A DNA stretch of 64,000 nt. Origin: Saccostrea cucullata. Its lineage: Eukaryota. This document shows, in pieces, positions 62,599-64,000 of the stretch. The notes under the pieces are model-generated. The model saw nothing but the letters and a program-made list of their open reading frames with translations, was not told the DNA's origin and made no database searches. Each line of letters begins with the position of its first letter. Position 1 is the stretch's first letter. A program made the position numbers and the translations under genes. Location of the stretch: NCBI RefSeq assembly GCF_032062105.1, contig NW_026927402.1, forward strand, positions 124,001 to 188,000, in the 5' to 3' direction.

Positions 62599-64000
62599 GT
62601 CACATGACAGGAAGTGAACTTTATCATGTGACAGGAAGTGAAGTCTGACCCATATAGACAGCAGAAAACAGTGGCCTCTGATATTTACTCTTTTCTTGAG
62701 AATTTTTTGCACATTGCTTGTCCTTTCTTCGTTAGCTTTGATATTATTTATTATACTGAGATTTAAAAAAAAATCTAAATTTCAAATTCTCATACAGTGT
62801 ACAATGACTCTAAAATAATGAATTTTTTATGTTAAAAATCAATGTTTTCCCTTATCTTAAATATACTCTAGGCTTGGATATATATAGGGGAGGTCGGGGG
62901 TGTTTTAATGTGCATTGTTTCTAAAACTGAAAAGCTAGCAATTGAGGTATTTATTATTCATTGTTTGATTTTCCTAAAACCACTGTGTATGTTGTATATC
63001 TGGGCCATTGTGTGACTATGGTCAAGTGCAATCTGTTTCATTGTAAATAAAGCATTGTCATTGTCAAGTAATACAGTATTTGTTCTTTATGCAAAGTAGT
63101 TCTGATGGCCAGCATGCATATGAATGGAGTACACTGTACATGTACATCTTAAGGAAGCAAAAATCAGAGGATCTGGTGTAAACCACTTGTATTCAGGGTC
63201 TATCATTAATACATTCAACTATGAACACTTGTTGATTGTTAATATAATTTTAAACCAGGAATGTTCAACGTACAAGTATTCCTGATAATAGTATTGGCCA
63301 TTATAGTGTTAAAATTGAGTGTGATTTTTTTTAAAATAATGGTGTAGTTTTAAAAATCATCATCTGATCACTTTGATTTGATTAAAGTATTCAATAGACA
63401 TAATAAATTTTTCTTTTTGAAAATTGTATATGCCAGGTTTATTGACTATTAGCGATGTCATAGGTATTACAGTTGCTAGCAAAATATGCGAACTTCAACA
63501 GTTAAAAAAGAAATGTAGCTTTAGTGTTGTCAAATAACGCCGCTCATATGTAGAACGACATAGATCCCTCAATAATTAGTTGAGATTATTATTTTTTCGG
63601 CAATGGATCCACTCACAGTCCTTCTACACTATAAAATATTTTTTGCTTTAAAAAAATTTGAAAATGTACGTCAAAGCTTGAGAATGACAAAATAAGTACA
63701 TGTAATAGGTTTACATATGCCAATCAAATTCCGGTTTTCTCGGGATACACAAGCTTGTAAATTTGTGGCAAGGTTTGAGAGGAAAGAGGGTTGTAGTTTT
63801 AATAATAGTGCATTAGATAACCACAGAATTGACAAGATATTCAGTGTTCACTTTTAAGCTGAAATAAGCAAAAATGATATATATATATATATACATATAT
63901 AATATAATAATAAAAAAAAATAAAATGGAAGGACTAAAATAAGCACTTTATTCATTTACCCGCATTTATGTTGAGATTTATATAGAAGTAGATATTTATT

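Overview
AT-rich, intron-rich eukaryotic DNA. The repeat families suggest an oyster or related bivalve (inference). The window holds two complete + strand housekeeping genes that I reconstructed by eye. ERCC3/XPB (TFIIH helicase) has 21 coding exons at 20122-32679, and CNOT2 (CCR4-NOT subunit 2) has 16 coding exons at about 46251-62598. Between them on the - strand lies an unrecognised gene: a GC-rich 1500-nt coding exon for a probably disordered protein of about 500 aa with an MGCTCS acylation-type N-terminus. A probable first exon of a further - strand gene sits near 10.5 kb. The rest is dense with non-autonomous DNA transposons, some nested four deep: Tc1/mariner-type (TA), Kolobok-type (TTAA), Harbinger-type (TWA), hAT, Mutator-type (9 bp), Helentron/HINE with ~166-bp satellite arrays, and Crypton-like. 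There is also a tRNA-derived SINE and a tRNA-like mini-element. The most notable observations are the orphan gene and its structured downstream repeats, a frame-breaking duplication in a CNOT2 exon apparently rescued by a new splice donor, tandem copies of splice junctions in both genes, and DEVQ in place of DEVH in XPB motif II. Nothing was checked by database search or expression data.
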